From IMG/VR virus record IMGVR_UViG_3300022723_000184, positions 128,001-192,000 of that record: 64,000 bases of DNA; one strand, written 5' to 3'. Position numbers and translations under genes: made by a program. Shown here one piece after another: positions 9,075 to 18,494 of this stretch. The notes under the pieces were generated by a model. That model did no database searches. It saw only the letters and a program-made list of their open reading frames with translations, and had not been told where the DNA came from. Source of the DNA: a virus (Duplodnaviria > Caudoviricetes). The first letter of the stretch is position 1. Each line of letters opens with the position of its first letter.

Positions 9075-10243
9075 CAGTAGGTGACACCCGCGGCGTGGAG
9101 CAGTTCGTCGGAGACCCGGTCCGGCTCGCTGGCCGCTTTGGTCATGATCGGGGCGATGCCCGCCTCGGTCGCGAGCTTGTCGAACAGCTCGGCGTCGTCC
9201 CGAGGCATGGTCTCGGCGATCTCCGCGAGCTTCTCGGCGTCGACGTTGTCCAGGCCCCCGGAGACCTCGTTGGCGACGTCGGAACCGAACAGGTTCTGGA
9301 TGTCGGCCAGCTTGATCTTGCCGAAGTCGTTCTTCGAGTAGATGTTGCCCGTAAGCATGGCGCAGGAGCCCTCGACCGCGGCCCTGGCCTCTTTGTAGGT
9401 GGCCTTGAAGATCACGTCCTCGGGCCGGGGCAGGGTGTCGGTGTACCGGCCGGCCAGGTTCATGGCCCGGTCCATGATGTCGACGGTCTCCGCCAGCTTG
9501 ACCAGGGCCTCGGGGACCAGGGCGTGACGGGGCTTGGAGGCCACGGTCTCCGCCAGCTTCATGATCGCCTCGCGGTGCTCGGCCGTCTTGGCCAGGCGGG
9601 CCCGGTTCGTCAGCATGGCGACCACGTCGTGGGGGTTGCACACCCCGTGGCCGGCCTGCTTCTCGATGAAGTTCTCGTGCTGGCCGAGGCCGGCGCCGTA
9701 CCGGGCGGCCTTCTCCAGGATCTTCTTGGCGATGACGTTGCGGTCGGAGAACGGCAGCTGGTCCCGGTACTGGGCCAGCCAGTCGGCGGCGGCCCGGACC
9801 TCCTGAGCGTTCTTGATCCGGAGGTTGCGGACCTTGGAGCCGTCGTCGCCCGTCCAGACGTAGGCGAAGTCCTCGTCCGGCAGCTGGTCGTCGGCGTTCT
9901 TGGTCAGCTCGACCTCGCGGGTGGCCAGCTCGTCGCAGGCCCCCTTGATGCCCCAGTACTTGGCGAAGTGATCAAGGCGTTGCTTGATGTGCGCCTGCTT
10001 CGTAGGATTGTACCCTGCCTTCTTATCGTGGAAGTACAGGTGGCTGAGCCAGGTCGACGCGGAATTGTGGCAAGGGTACCGCCTGTTCAGCTCGTCGCCG
10101 TAGACCGTCGGCGGGAGGTCCTGGGGCCGCATGGTCTGATCCATGTTGGCCTGTTTCACGAACCCGGGGATCGGGTAGAGTTTGGAGAGACGGTGAAGTT
10201 CTGCCCCGTTCGCGTCAGAGACGTGGTCGAAGGTCGTGCTCAT
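9074..10243 (-). CDS. hypothetical protein (possibly virion-associated)
   Basis: about 390-aa ORF with strong codon bias on the minus strand. Confidence 0.7.
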   Translation of the reverse strand: MSTTFDHVSDANGAELHRLSKLYPIPGFVKQANMDQTMRPQDLPPTVYGDELNRRYPCHNSASTWLSHLYFHDKKAGYNPTKQAHIKQRLDHFAKYWGIKGACDELATREVELTKNADDQLPDEDFAYVWTGDDGSKVRNLRIKNAQEVRAAADWLAQYRDQLPFSDRNVIAKKILEKAARYGAGLGQHENFIEKQAGHGVCNPHDVVAMLTNRARLAKTAEHREAIMKLAETVASKPRHALVPEALVKLAETVDIMDRAMNLAGRYTDTLPRPEDVIFKATYKEARAAVEGSCAMLTGNIYSKNDFGKIKLADIQNLFGSDVANEVSGGLDNVDAEKLAEIAETMPRDDAELFDKLATEAGIAPIMTKAASEPDRVSDELLHAAGVTY

Positions 10244-11906
10244 GGCTAAGGCACCTCGTAGTCTGAACATCCATGTTCCCTGGGCCGAGGTCGCCGAGGC
10301 TCTGGAGTTGCCCCTGAAGAGCCAGACACTCCCCGCTACGACCAGATGCCCATTGTGCGGCGGACGCCGCTTACGTATCTATCAGGATAGCACAAGCGGG
10401 GGGTCATGGCACTACTGCGGTGATTGTAAATCCCGCGGTGACATGATAACACTGGCCGGTTCCGTGTGGAAAACGGACGTCTACGAGACGCTCGACAGGC
10501 TGAGAGATGCTGGCATCGATCTGCCCGATACGCAGTTAGGGTCGCCCCAGGTCGTCAGTTACGCCGATCGACAGAAGCGACAGGCCACGATCAGCGAACT
10601 TTGGAAGCTGGCGCAGCGTCAATTGTGTGCCGGCCGGATGGGGGGAGTCGCTGACCTGCAGCGGAAGTACTATCTTCGGTTCAAAGGCGACCGTGAGCGG
10701 GTGGAGGACGGGCCGGCCAAGCTATACGGGGCCCTGACCGTCAAGCAGGCGGAGCGGGCGTTGTACAGCCCGGGGTCGTTGAACAAGTACGGGCGGACGA
10801 AGAACGCGCACCTCGCCTTCAAGGGCCGCAACTGGGGCGATGTCCTGGTCATGCCGTTCTACGACATGCCCCAGCGGATCTGTGCCCTCAGCTTTATGGG
10901 GCGCCGCGGCAATCCGAAGACCGACCAGGTGTTTTACACGACGCACACCAGCGCGATCGAGGCGGGCCTCGGCGGGCTGCCCTCGATCGAACTGGCTCAT
11001 GACCCGGACACGGTGATTGCCGTAGACGACTGGCTGTTCTACTTGCGGGCCCAGATCCGCCACTTCCGCAGCTCGTACATCCCGATGCCCATGGTCGTAT
11101 GGCGGGACGAGGGCAAGATCAGGACCCAGCGGGCGTGGAACGCGGTCAGTGACAAGAACATCGTGTTCTGGGGGTTTAACTTGGACGCCCGGATGATCCG
11201 GCACGCGATGGAGACCGACGGCATGATCTCGCTGCTCGGGCCCAAGGAGTTTGTCGACGACCAATCGGTCGGCCACTTCCTGCGGGACCACCGGGGCACC
11301 GACCTGCCCCGCGACGTCATCCGGGCCGCGAGGCCGTGGCGCAAGGCTCTGGCCCACTGGCTCTCGTGCAATAGGCCGGAGCACGGCCACAATCTGTTCA
11401 AGGCCCTCGAAGAGCTGGGCGAGGACGTCAGCCACATCCTGAACCAGATCGGCAAGGGCCCGACGACGATCGCCCGACCGGTCATGCGGAGGTCGGCCGA
11501 GGTCGGCCCCTACACGATCTCCGAGCGAGGCGGGTGCTGGTACCACGACAGGTACAGGACCCGGCCCGAGCTGATCATGGATGCGGTTCTCAGGGTGACC
11601 CATGCGATCAACGACCTGCGGTCGGGTGACCTATGGTACCGCGGGTTCATCGAGTACCGCGGGCAGCGGATCTATTTTCTGGAGCCGGCCAAGACCATGG
11701 AGGGCCGGACCCTGTTCTGGATCCGGGACAAGGTCAGCGCCGCGGGTCTCGGGCTGCTGCGGTACAGCTCGATCTGGTCACGGGGTGGGAGGCACAATCT
11801 GTACCAGGTGGCCGTGACCTTCGACGAACCGCGGTTTGTGAATGAAGACCTGGCCTTGCACGTGCAGGAGATGCGTGAAGCCGGGCACCTGATCGATCCG
11901 ATCTAG
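10242..11906 (+). CDS. protein with N-terminal primase-type zinc-binding domain
   Basis: CPLC...HYCGDCKSRGDMI motif; no clear TOPRIM motif seen. Confidence 0.55.
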   Translation: MAKAPRSLNIHVPWAEVAEALELPLKSQTLPATTRCPLCGGRRLRIYQDSTSGGSWHYCGDCKSRGDMITLAGSVWKTDVYETLDRLRDAGIDLPDTQLGSPQVVSYADRQKRQATISELWKLAQRQLCAGRMGGVADLQRKYYLRFKGDRERVEDGPAKLYGALTVKQAERALYSPGSLNKYGRTKNAHLAFKGRNWGDVLVMPFYDMPQRICALSFMGRRGNPKTDQVFYTTHTSAIEAGLGGLPSIELAHDPDTVIAVDDWLFYLRAQIRHFRSSYIPMPMVVWRDEGKIRTQRAWNAVSDKNIVFWGFNLDARMIRHAMETDGMISLLGPKEFVDDQSVGHFLRDHRGTDLPRDVIRAARPWRKALAHWLSCNRPEHGHNLFKALEELGEDVSHILNQIGKGPTTIARPVMRRSAEVGPYTISERGGCWYHDRYRTRPELIMDAVLRVTHAINDLRSGDLWYRGFIEYRGQRIYFLEPAKTMEGRTLFWIRDKVSAAGLGLLRYSSIWSRGGRHNLYQVAVTFDEPRFVNEDLALHVQEMREAGHLIDPI

Positions 11907-14860
11907 TCGAGATCCCAGTTCGGGTTCTCGGGATTCAACGCATCCATGATCGCACGGTCGATGCCGATGTTTTCGATCTCGGCAAGGTTCGGCCAGTTGC
12001 CAGTCGCCTGGTACAGTGTGATCAGGCCGAGGTTGGTGGCCTGGGCGAAGTCGTCGGACAGCGCAGGATCCCGGATGATCGTGTAGATGTCCTTACCCAG
12101 GCGGCTGTCGACCTTCTCCTCGACCAGGGCCAGGAACTCCCGGATGAGGCCGGGGTTCTCGGCGTCCTTGTAATCGTCTTGAAAGAACCGGAGCCAGCCG
12201 GTCTTGATCTGTTGGCAGGTGAGCTGCAGGGACCGGGGCTTGTCGACCAGGTAGTAGTCGCGGGGGTGGCGGTCCGTCCGGGGCTTGGGAACGATGATGC
12301 CGCCGACGGCCGCACGCTGCAGCTGGCAGGCGATGATCCGGTTGTAGGGGAAGCCGGCCTGATTGATGAACGTCTCCCGCAAGGAGCCGGCACCCGTGTA
12401 GTCGTGAGCCATCAGGTGACACTTGAACCGGGTGAGAAGGGCAATGGCCAGCCGGGCTTCCCGGGCATGGTCGTGGGGCGTCAGCGAACGCAGGGCGTAC
12501 AGGCAGTCCACCCGACCATCGGGCATCATGCCGAGGACCGAGTAGGTCGTGAAACTGATGCCCTGTTCGCCGCCGCCGCCCCAGTCCACGCCCAAACAGC
12601 GGAGGGTGTACTCGCCGATCTGTTTCTGGGCCTCTTCGACCTCGTTCTTCCACGGAAGGCACGCGGCCTTCATCAGGTCGGTGAGCGTCACGAGCTTCGA
12701 GCCGGTGTCGTAGCTCTCGCCGCAGACCTCGTTGTAGAACACATGGATCGGGGTGTTGCCCCGGCCCTCACGCTTGCCGAGAAGGACGTCCCACTTCTCG
12801 GCGTTGCCGTAGTGCATCGGCATGATGATCTGCGGCACGTGGTACCCGGCGAACGTCCAACGCTTTTCCGGGTGGGCATGAACCCAACGGCCGTGCAGCT
12901 TCGGGTGGATGGGCCTCCGGCACTTGGCGCAGATTACGGCCGGATTGTTGAAGGAGATGTCGTCACGCAACGGGCCGATCATCTTGTCGAGATCGTGGGT
13001 CATCGCCGGTACGTTATGGTAATTGCAGCGGTGACATTTGATGACCCATTCGGCCATCGAACTGTCTCGCCAAAGAGTTTCGATCGTGTTTTCGAGGGTC
13101 TTTGGAGTGCCCGCAAACGACTCGATGCCTCCGTACTTCGATCCGGACATCGTTTCCCGGATGATCGGGATGAAGTCTTTGTCGAGGTCCTGCACTTCGT
13201 CATAACAATTATGTGTCAGCACACCTTCAGCGAAGAAGCAGTGTTCTCGTTGCGTGTTGATGTCCCAAACCGGTTTGAGGTCAAGACGTTTTACGTGGAC
13301 TACGTGTACAAACGATGTCTCACTTTTCGACACTCTGGCCCGCAGACGGGATTCGATGCCGCAATCTGATGCTGCTTCGCTTCTATCGTTTTCCCGCACA
13401 TCGAACAGGCAATTTCGGGGCGAGGTTTCGCGAGCTTGTAAGACATCATCTTCGGGACGAACGCGGATACGTTTTCGGACAGTTTCCTGGAGTCCGCGGC
13501 CGGCAGGTAAACTAAGTGATAGAGCTTTCCTGTACGAGAGTTTATGGACGGGTGACGTTTGGCCGACAACAATTCTCGTCGCTGTAGGTCGGACGCGATG
13601 AGGTCCACTTCCCTTTCGGTGAACCCTTGCGTGTTGAAGTGGATAGTACTTCTTTGTCGTGCCCCGTCGTCCATGAGCTAGTAAGCGATTCCTCGCCAGT
13701 CGAGTCGTTCTAGCCAATCCTGACTGACGCGTTTCTTTCCTTCCGGACAGGTCAGCGCATACAGCGGAGCCAGCTCCACGGCGCTTACGGTGTTGAACAC
13801 GCAAGATACTTTGCCCCAGCCTTTGTTTTCTTTCACTCTTGGTGGTGTGGACACGTACTCGCCTAAGACTGCTGCCTTGTGTCGGCAGTACGCTTCTCGA
13901 GACCCGCCGTGGCGGAAGCATACCCGCGGGTTTGCTGTGTTGCTCGATTTTGACAGGCAAGCATCCCCGAGCAAACAGCCGAGTAGAAGTTGTTCTTGCT
14001 CGCAGGTCAACGGAGGCACCTTCTTCGGTTTTCTCCCCGGGCGAGAAAAGGGTCGACAAGCGGATCCATTCGCCCTCGGCGGTTTTGAACCGAGAGTCTT
14101 TTGTACACCTAAGGACCGAGCCATTGGAAAACCGGACTTCGTAGATCTGCTGGACGCCTTGGAAGATTTTTTCGGTAACGACATCGTCGACAACCTTTCC
14201 GTCGTTGTTGACGGCCGGCACGATGTCCCCAGTTCTGGCTTCGTCGATCCGGATACCGCCGCGGTTCCTGGTTTCGATTATTGTATCGCCTACGAAGCAG
14301 TTCTGGTCAGCGGAAATACCACGAGTACGTTCGGCGTCGAGGAACGCGAACGAGAAGATCATCTGGCTGTTGTTGCGGAAGGTACGTTGCAGCACAGAGC
14401 CAATCGTGTTCGTGCCGGTGAACACGTTGACCACGGGCGACTGCTCGATGAACGGTCGGATGTAGTTCTGGCTGAATCGCCGGATCATTTCAAACAAGGG
14501 CGTGACGTACAGCGTCGAGAAGTACGGCAGGCAGTTCGACTGCACGACGCCGCGACTTGCCAGGCTCGTCGACTTGGAGACTTGACGGCCTGTTTTGAGC
14601 AGCGACTTGCGGGCCATGCGAGTCCGGAAGAACGGCTCGAACGGGAAGTAGTTGTCGAGGCTGTACGGTTCGCCCTTGAGGTTGAGTAGCAGCGGGAGCA
14701 GGGGTTTCAAGGACGCCACCCTGCTTTTGCGCATGAGGTGGGCGGCCACCGTAAGTCGGCGGGTGTTGGCGTCCTCGAACCCCGATAGTTTTAGGCCGTC
14801 AAGGATCTTGGGCGAGACGTCGAGGCCCATTTCCTTGATGACGTCGGAGACAACTGACAT
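11903..14860 (-). CDS. terL: terminase large subunit with intein
   Basis: Walker A LKTGRQVSKS, Walker B split as ADQN|CYDEVQD, nuclease motif GVDWGGG, C-terminal DDFAQA. Confidence 0.88.
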   Translation of the reverse strand: MSVVSDVIKEMGLDVSPKILDGLKLSGFEDANTRRLTVAAHLMRKSRVASLKPLLPLLLNLKGEPYSLDNYFPFEPFFRTRMARKSLLKTGRQVSKSTSLASRGVVQSNCLPYFSTLYVTPLFEMIRRFSQNYIRPFIEQSPVVNVFTGTNTIGSVLQRTFRNNSQMIFSFAFLDAERTRGISADQNCFVGDTIIETRNRGGIRIDEARTGDIVPAVNNDGKVVDDVVTEKIFQGVQQIYEVRFSNGSVLRCTKDSRFKTAEGEWIRLSTLFSPGEKTEEGASVDLRARTTSTRLFARGCLPVKIEQHSKPAGMLPPRRVSRSVLPTQGSSLRRVRVHTTKSERKQRLGQSILRVQHRKRRGAGSAVCADLSGRKETRQSGLARTTRLARNRLLAHGRRGTTKKYYPLQHARVHRKGSGPHRVRPTATRIVVGQTSPVHKLSYRKALSLSLPAGRGLQETVRKRIRVRPEDDVLQARETSPRNCLFDVRENDRSEAASDCGIESRLRARVSKSETSFVHVVHVKRLDLKPVWDINTQREHCFFAEGVLTHNCYDEVQDLDKDFIPIIRETMSGSKYGGIESFAGTPKTLENTIETLWRDSSMAEWVIKCHRCNYHNVPAMTHDLDKMIGPLRDDISFNNPAVICAKCRRPIHPKLHGRWVHAHPEKRWTFAGYHVPQIIMPMHYGNAEKWDVLLGKREGRGNTPIHVFYNEVCGESYDTGSKLVTLTDLMKAACLPWKNEVEEAQKQIGEYTLRCLGVDWGGGGEQGISFTTYSVLGMMPDGRVDCLYALRSLTPHDHAREARLAIALLTRFKCHLMAHDYTGAGSLRETFINQAGFPYNRIIACQLQRAAVGGIIVPKPRTDRHPRDYYLVDKPRSLQLTCQQIKTGWLRFFQDDYKDAENPGLIREFLALVEEKVDSRLGKDIYTIIRDPALSDDFAQATNLGLITLYQATGNWPNLAEIENIGIDRAIMDALNPENPNWDLD
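13208..14299 (-). mobile_element. intein (364 aa) in terminase
   Basis: starts CFVGDT, ends VWDI...FAEGVLTHN followed by Cys+1. Confidence 0.9.
13300..14040 (-). pseudogene. LAGLIDADG homing endonuclease, out of frame with the intein and carrying a nonsense codon
   Basis: LLGCLLGDA motif, then GIAY*LMDDG (TAG at 13678-13680), then a CxxC zinc ribbon; start approximate. Confidence 0.75.
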
Positions 14861-15029
14861 GAAAGATCAGTCCTATCATCAAGCAGACCGGGACGAGGGC
14901 GTGGATTGGCTCGCCAACCTGCTCGAAGTCCTGTTCTCCAGCCTCTGGGCAGTCGTGGTCGTCGTTGCCACGGGCCTCTGGGGCCTGTTATGCTGGGCAC
15001 GTAAGATGTTGTCCAGCAAGAGCAAGTAG
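14859..15029 (+). CDS. small membrane protein
   Basis: one hydrophobic segment followed by a basic tail. Confidence 0.5.
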   Translation: MKDQSYHQADRDEGVDWLANLLEVLFSSLWAVVVVVATGLWGLLCWARKMLSSKSK

Positions 15030-15288
15030 GTTTCACTATAAGGTGCGGAGGCTAGGATGGCTACACACTCTCGCAGTGCCCGTAACTTCCTGGAGCGGAA
15101 CGGGGTTTACTCAACCCGCCGTTCACCGGTCACGCCGCGGCTCGACACCACGAAAGCCGGGCTCCGGGTGAACACCATCCCGTTACAGCAACCGTCGTTG
15201 AACCCAGATCTTTTGCTGGATAACAACGGTGCCCCTCCGACAGATAGGGGGATCACGGACCCCTGGCCTCCGCCGCAGGAGGTGTCTG

Positions 15289-15477
15289 ATGAGTCAGAGG
15301 AATAACGGAGCTGACGTCGTATTTCAGTTCTTCCTCTGGATTGTCGTGGGCGGCATGGTTTTTACCTACGTCTGCGACATCTGGTTGCACTGGGTGCCGA
15401 TCGGTCTAGCACTGCTTGTGTCCATGTGGACGGGGCAGTCGATGCAAAAGCAACGATCGGATACCCGAGACCCATAA
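15289..15477 (+). CDS. small membrane protein
   Basis: two hydrophobic segments; RBS GGAGG. Confidence 0.55.
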   Translation: MSQRNNGADVVFQFFLWIVVGGMVFTYVCDIWLHWVPIGLALLVSMWTGQSMQKQRSDTRDP

Positions 15478-15496
15478 CCGCACCAACCGAAACCTG

Positions 15497-15889
15497 ATGA
15501 CCGCAACCACCGCAACCTTGATAGCCGCTCTGGCCGTGTGGGAGATAGTCGAGATCTGGCACCACTCCCAGCTGTTCGCTGGGCGGCGTGCTTGGCTCGA
15601 AGCGCAGGACAACTGGCTGGCGGACCTATTGCTGTGTCCGTTTTGCCTGTCCGTATGGGTATCGCTCATCGTGCTCCTCACCGTGGGGACGAGCGTTCAC
15701 CTGGAGCAACACTGGCCCCGGTGGCTTTGCGACCTGGTACTTCTCCCGGTACTTGTCTTTGCAGTCGCACGCCTGGCCAACCTCTTCAACGACCTGACTC
15801 GAAAATACTGCAGGACCCCCAAGGACTGGACCCTGGGGGACGACAACGAGCATCAGGCGGAAGAAACCGAGCAAGGTGAAGAGCAGTAA
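15497..15889 (+). CDS. DUF1360-like membrane protein
   Basis: LLCPFCLSVW motif and transmembrane segments. Confidence 0.6.
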   Translation: MTATTATLIAALAVWEIVEIWHHSQLFAGRRAWLEAQDNWLADLLLCPFCLSVWVSLIVLLTVGTSVHLEQHWPRWLCDLVLLPVLVFAVARLANLFNDLTRKYCRTPKDWTLGDDNEHQAEETEQGEEQ

Positions 15890-16098
15890 TCTGACGACGC
15901 CCTCGTGGCGTAGAGCAACGCGGTAAGGGGCCAGGGTTTCCGGGCCCCCTCTCTGCAGGCGGGAAAAAGCGTAAGCGGGGCGAGGCTGGCCCACAGCCGT
16001 TTGAGTCCTGGAGTGGCCACACCACTGGTCCTGGCAAGCCTGCCGTCGGATTTTTCTTTTGGTCGCCTTCATGGGCCTCCGTGCCCGTGGGCCGATCT

Positions 16099-16112
16099 AA
16101 AAAGTACTTTTT
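16099..16112. promoter_or_regulatory. palindromic motif AAAAAGTACTTTTT
   Basis: exact copy, directly before the RBS of 16125. Confidence 0.7.
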
Positions 16113-16124
16113 GAGAGGAGCGTC

Positions 16125-16520
16125 ATGGCCGAAGACCAGATGCCCGAGGAACAAGAGAAACGGCTGCCGTTCGACGAGGAGATCGCGGCCAGGTTCAAGG
16201 ACACGATCCACCGCTGTCTGACCGACTTCCCGGAGCTGCGGTCGGTGATCGTGGCCTTCGACTGGGCGGGCAACCTGAACGATGCCCCGATCAAGGCGGG
16301 CGTCTGGCAGGGCGAGCGGGGAGGCGTCGACAGCGCGGCCGGCATCGTCGGCAGCATCCAGCAGACCATCAAGGTCATGGAGCAGCAGTTCCTGCGACTC
16401 CACAAGCTGGAGCAGGCGATGCGAGAAGAGCTGACCGTCATCGGTCAGGAGCTGGTCAGGAAGAAGGAAGAGCTGGCCAGGCTCAGCGAAGGAAGCAAGA
16501 ACCCCGATGCCGAAGCCTGA
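16125..16520 (+). CDS. hypothetical protein
   Basis: RBS GAGGAG; coiled-coil C-terminus. Confidence 0.7.
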   Translation: MAEDQMPEEQEKRLPFDEEIAARFKDTIHRCLTDFPELRSVIVAFDWAGNLNDAPIKAGVWQGERGGVDSAAGIVGSIQQTIKVMEQQFLRLHKLEQAMREELTVIGQELVRKKEELARLSEGSKNPDAEA

Positions 16521-17070
16521 GTTTTTTCAAGACGTCCTCGACCGGTTCAAGATCGATGAGTGGGACATGGTTCTGGTCGGGGACGGCAGCGGCTCCAAGT
16601 GGGGCTACCCCGTCGGCTGGGGCGTGACCGCCGTACTCAAGAAGCAGATGGATCGCCGGGTGTTTTACGGGGCTATGAACGATGGCACCGTGAACATCGC
16701 GGAGGTCATGGCCTACCTGCAACCACTGATGTGGTACATGGCGGAGGTCCGCAAACAGCGAAAACAGAAGGGCACCACTGCCCGCAAACACGTTGTCCAC
16801 ATCATCACGGACAGCGAGTACGCCCGGAAGGTGGGCGAAAAAGGTCACCTCGACTTCAACACCAACCAGCCCCTGTGGGCGGTGTTCGAGTTCGTCAAGC
16901 GTCAGGCCATCGAGCTGCACTGGCACTGGGCCGAACGCGAGGAGATCGCCCTCAACATCTACGCCGATGCCTTGAGCAAACGGGCACGGAAGCAGGTGAA
17001 AGAGAACGACCAGGTCCAGAGCCTGGCCGGAGACGGCTATTCGGCCGAGGAGTTCAATCCATGGGAGTAG
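16507..17070 (+). CDS. RNase H-fold protein
   Basis: VGDGS, NIAEV, ITDSEY, YADALSK motifs. Confidence 0.75.
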   Translation: MPKPEFFQDVLDRFKIDEWDMVLVGDGSGSKWGYPVGWGVTAVLKKQMDRRVFYGAMNDGTVNIAEVMAYLQPLMWYMAEVRKQRKQKGTTARKHVVHIITDSEYARKVGEKGHLDFNTNQPLWAVFEFVKRQAIELHWHWAEREEIALNIYADALSKRARKQVKENDQVQSLAGDGYSAEEFNPWE

Positions 17071-17453
17071 AGGAGGCCACCGTCCTCTCCAACCACGAGA
17101 ACCGGCTGAGGCTGATCCTCGACAACTACAAGAACTGGTTCAAGGCAGAGCACGACACCGACGCGATGGTCGTGTTGATGTCCGACGTGTTCATGCGCCT
17201 TGACGCCCTGGATATCGGTGAGCAGGACATCATCGACCAGGCCGACGCCGAGTCGCTGGCCCTGTACGAAGCCCTCAACGCCTTCTACGGAAAGAAAGGT
17301 CAGTTCGCGGCCGCGATCGACAACGACCACGTCCAGCTCGACCTCAAGCAGTCGCAGGTCGGAGATGCGTGCTCTCAAAGAGAAGATGCCGGCCAAGCCG
17401 GTAAAGCCGATGCTTCCAAAGAAGCGTCGCAAGAAGAGGAAAAGGAGTTCTAA
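17061..17453 (+). CDS. hypothetical protein
   Basis: ORF from ATG 17061 with typical codon bias. Confidence 0.6.
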   Translation: MGVEEATVLSNHENRLRLILDNYKNWFKAEHDTDAMVVLMSDVFMRLDALDIGEQDIIDQADAESLALYEALNAFYGKKGQFAAAIDNDHVQLDLKQSQVGDACSQREDAGQAGKADASKEASQEEEKEF

Positions 17454-17455
17454 GC

Positions 17456-17674
17456 ATGGCAAACCCTAACCAAGGACATCTCGTTCTCAGTCGCCAGCGC
17501 GACGAGAAAATCATGATCGGAGATGACATCATCGTGCAGGTCGTGGACATCCGGGGCGACAAGGTTCGCATCGGGATCTCGGCGCCGCCCAACGTCTCGA
17601 TCGACCGCGAGGAGGTCTTCCTCGCGAAGAAGCGTGAGCAGGAGGCAAGGGCCGATGTCCGCAGCAACCACTGA
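17456..17674 (+). CDS. csrA: carbon storage regulator CsrA
   Basis: LVLSRQRDEKIMIGDDI...VRIGISAP...IDREEV. Confidence 0.92.
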   Translation: MANPNQGHLVLSRQRDEKIMIGDDIIVQVVDIRGDKVRIGISAPPNVSIDREEVFLAKKREQEARADVRSNH

Positions 17675-18491
17675 GGTCAAGGACGGCGACCCCCGGGTCC
17701 GGGTCATCCGCGACTCGGGCCCGGAATCGCCACGAGATTGGGACAACCTTGGGACCATGGTCTGCTGGCACCGCAACTACAGTCTGGGCGACTTCGAGAA
17801 GACCGATAAGGGTCGTAGGGCGAAACCGAAGTATGAGACTTCGGCCTACATGTTCCTCGACATCCTGCGGGATGCCGAGGCGAGCCTGGAGGTGTTGCGT
17901 CCGGTCATCTTGCAGCTGATCAAGGACCCGGACAACCGCTGGCGATACAAGCAGTACTGGCTGGATGATGCTCGGGAGGACAAGCAGCAGGCTTGGCTCG
18001 ACTTCATCGACGACCGGATCACGTACGGCTACAACAGCAAAGAGCACCGAGCACTGGCCCAGGCCGCCTCGGAGGTGGCCTACATCCTGCCGCTGTACCT
18101 GTACGACCACAGCGGCATCACGATGAACACCAGCGGTTTTAACGACCGCTGGGACAGCGGGATGGTCGGGTACATCTTCCTCACACACAAGCGGTTCGAC
18201 GAGGAGACCAGCTGGAAGGACGAGACCCTTGAGGCCAAGAAGCAACACGCCGAACGGGTTCTCAAGGGCGAGGTCGAGACCTACGACCAGTATCTCCGCG
18301 GCGACATCTACGGGTTCGTCGCGGAGAAGGCATCGGTCTGCGAGTGTTGCAGTACCGTTGAATGGGAGGAGACCGATTCGTGCTGGGGCTTTTACGGCAC
18401 GGACGAAGACAACGGGATGAAGGACCACCTGAGCCCCGAGTATCATGAGGCTCTGAAGGCGGCTCTGGAGAACCCGGAGTACGGAAGGTAG
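17655..18491 (+). CDS. hypothetical phage/plasmid protein
   Basis: PRDWDNLG, LPLYLYDHSGITM and WDSG motifs. Confidence 0.7.
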   Translation: MSAATTEVKDGDPRVRVIRDSGPESPRDWDNLGTMVCWHRNYSLGDFEKTDKGRRAKPKYETSAYMFLDILRDAEASLEVLRPVILQLIKDPDNRWRYKQYWLDDAREDKQQAWLDFIDDRITYGYNSKEHRALAQAASEVAYILPLYLYDHSGITMNTSGFNDRWDSGMVGYIFLTHKRFDEETSWKDETLEAKKQHAERVLKGEVETYDQYLRGDIYGFVAEKASVCECCSTVEWEETDSCWGFYGTDEDNGMKDHLSPEYHEALKAALENPEYGR

Positions 18492-18494
18492 CGG

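Noticed and set aside
13678-13680. TAG reassignment (alternative genetic code) explaining the endonuclease stop
   Set aside because: Many well-supported genes end in TAG (8406, 11906, 23365) and conserved genes show no internal TAG.
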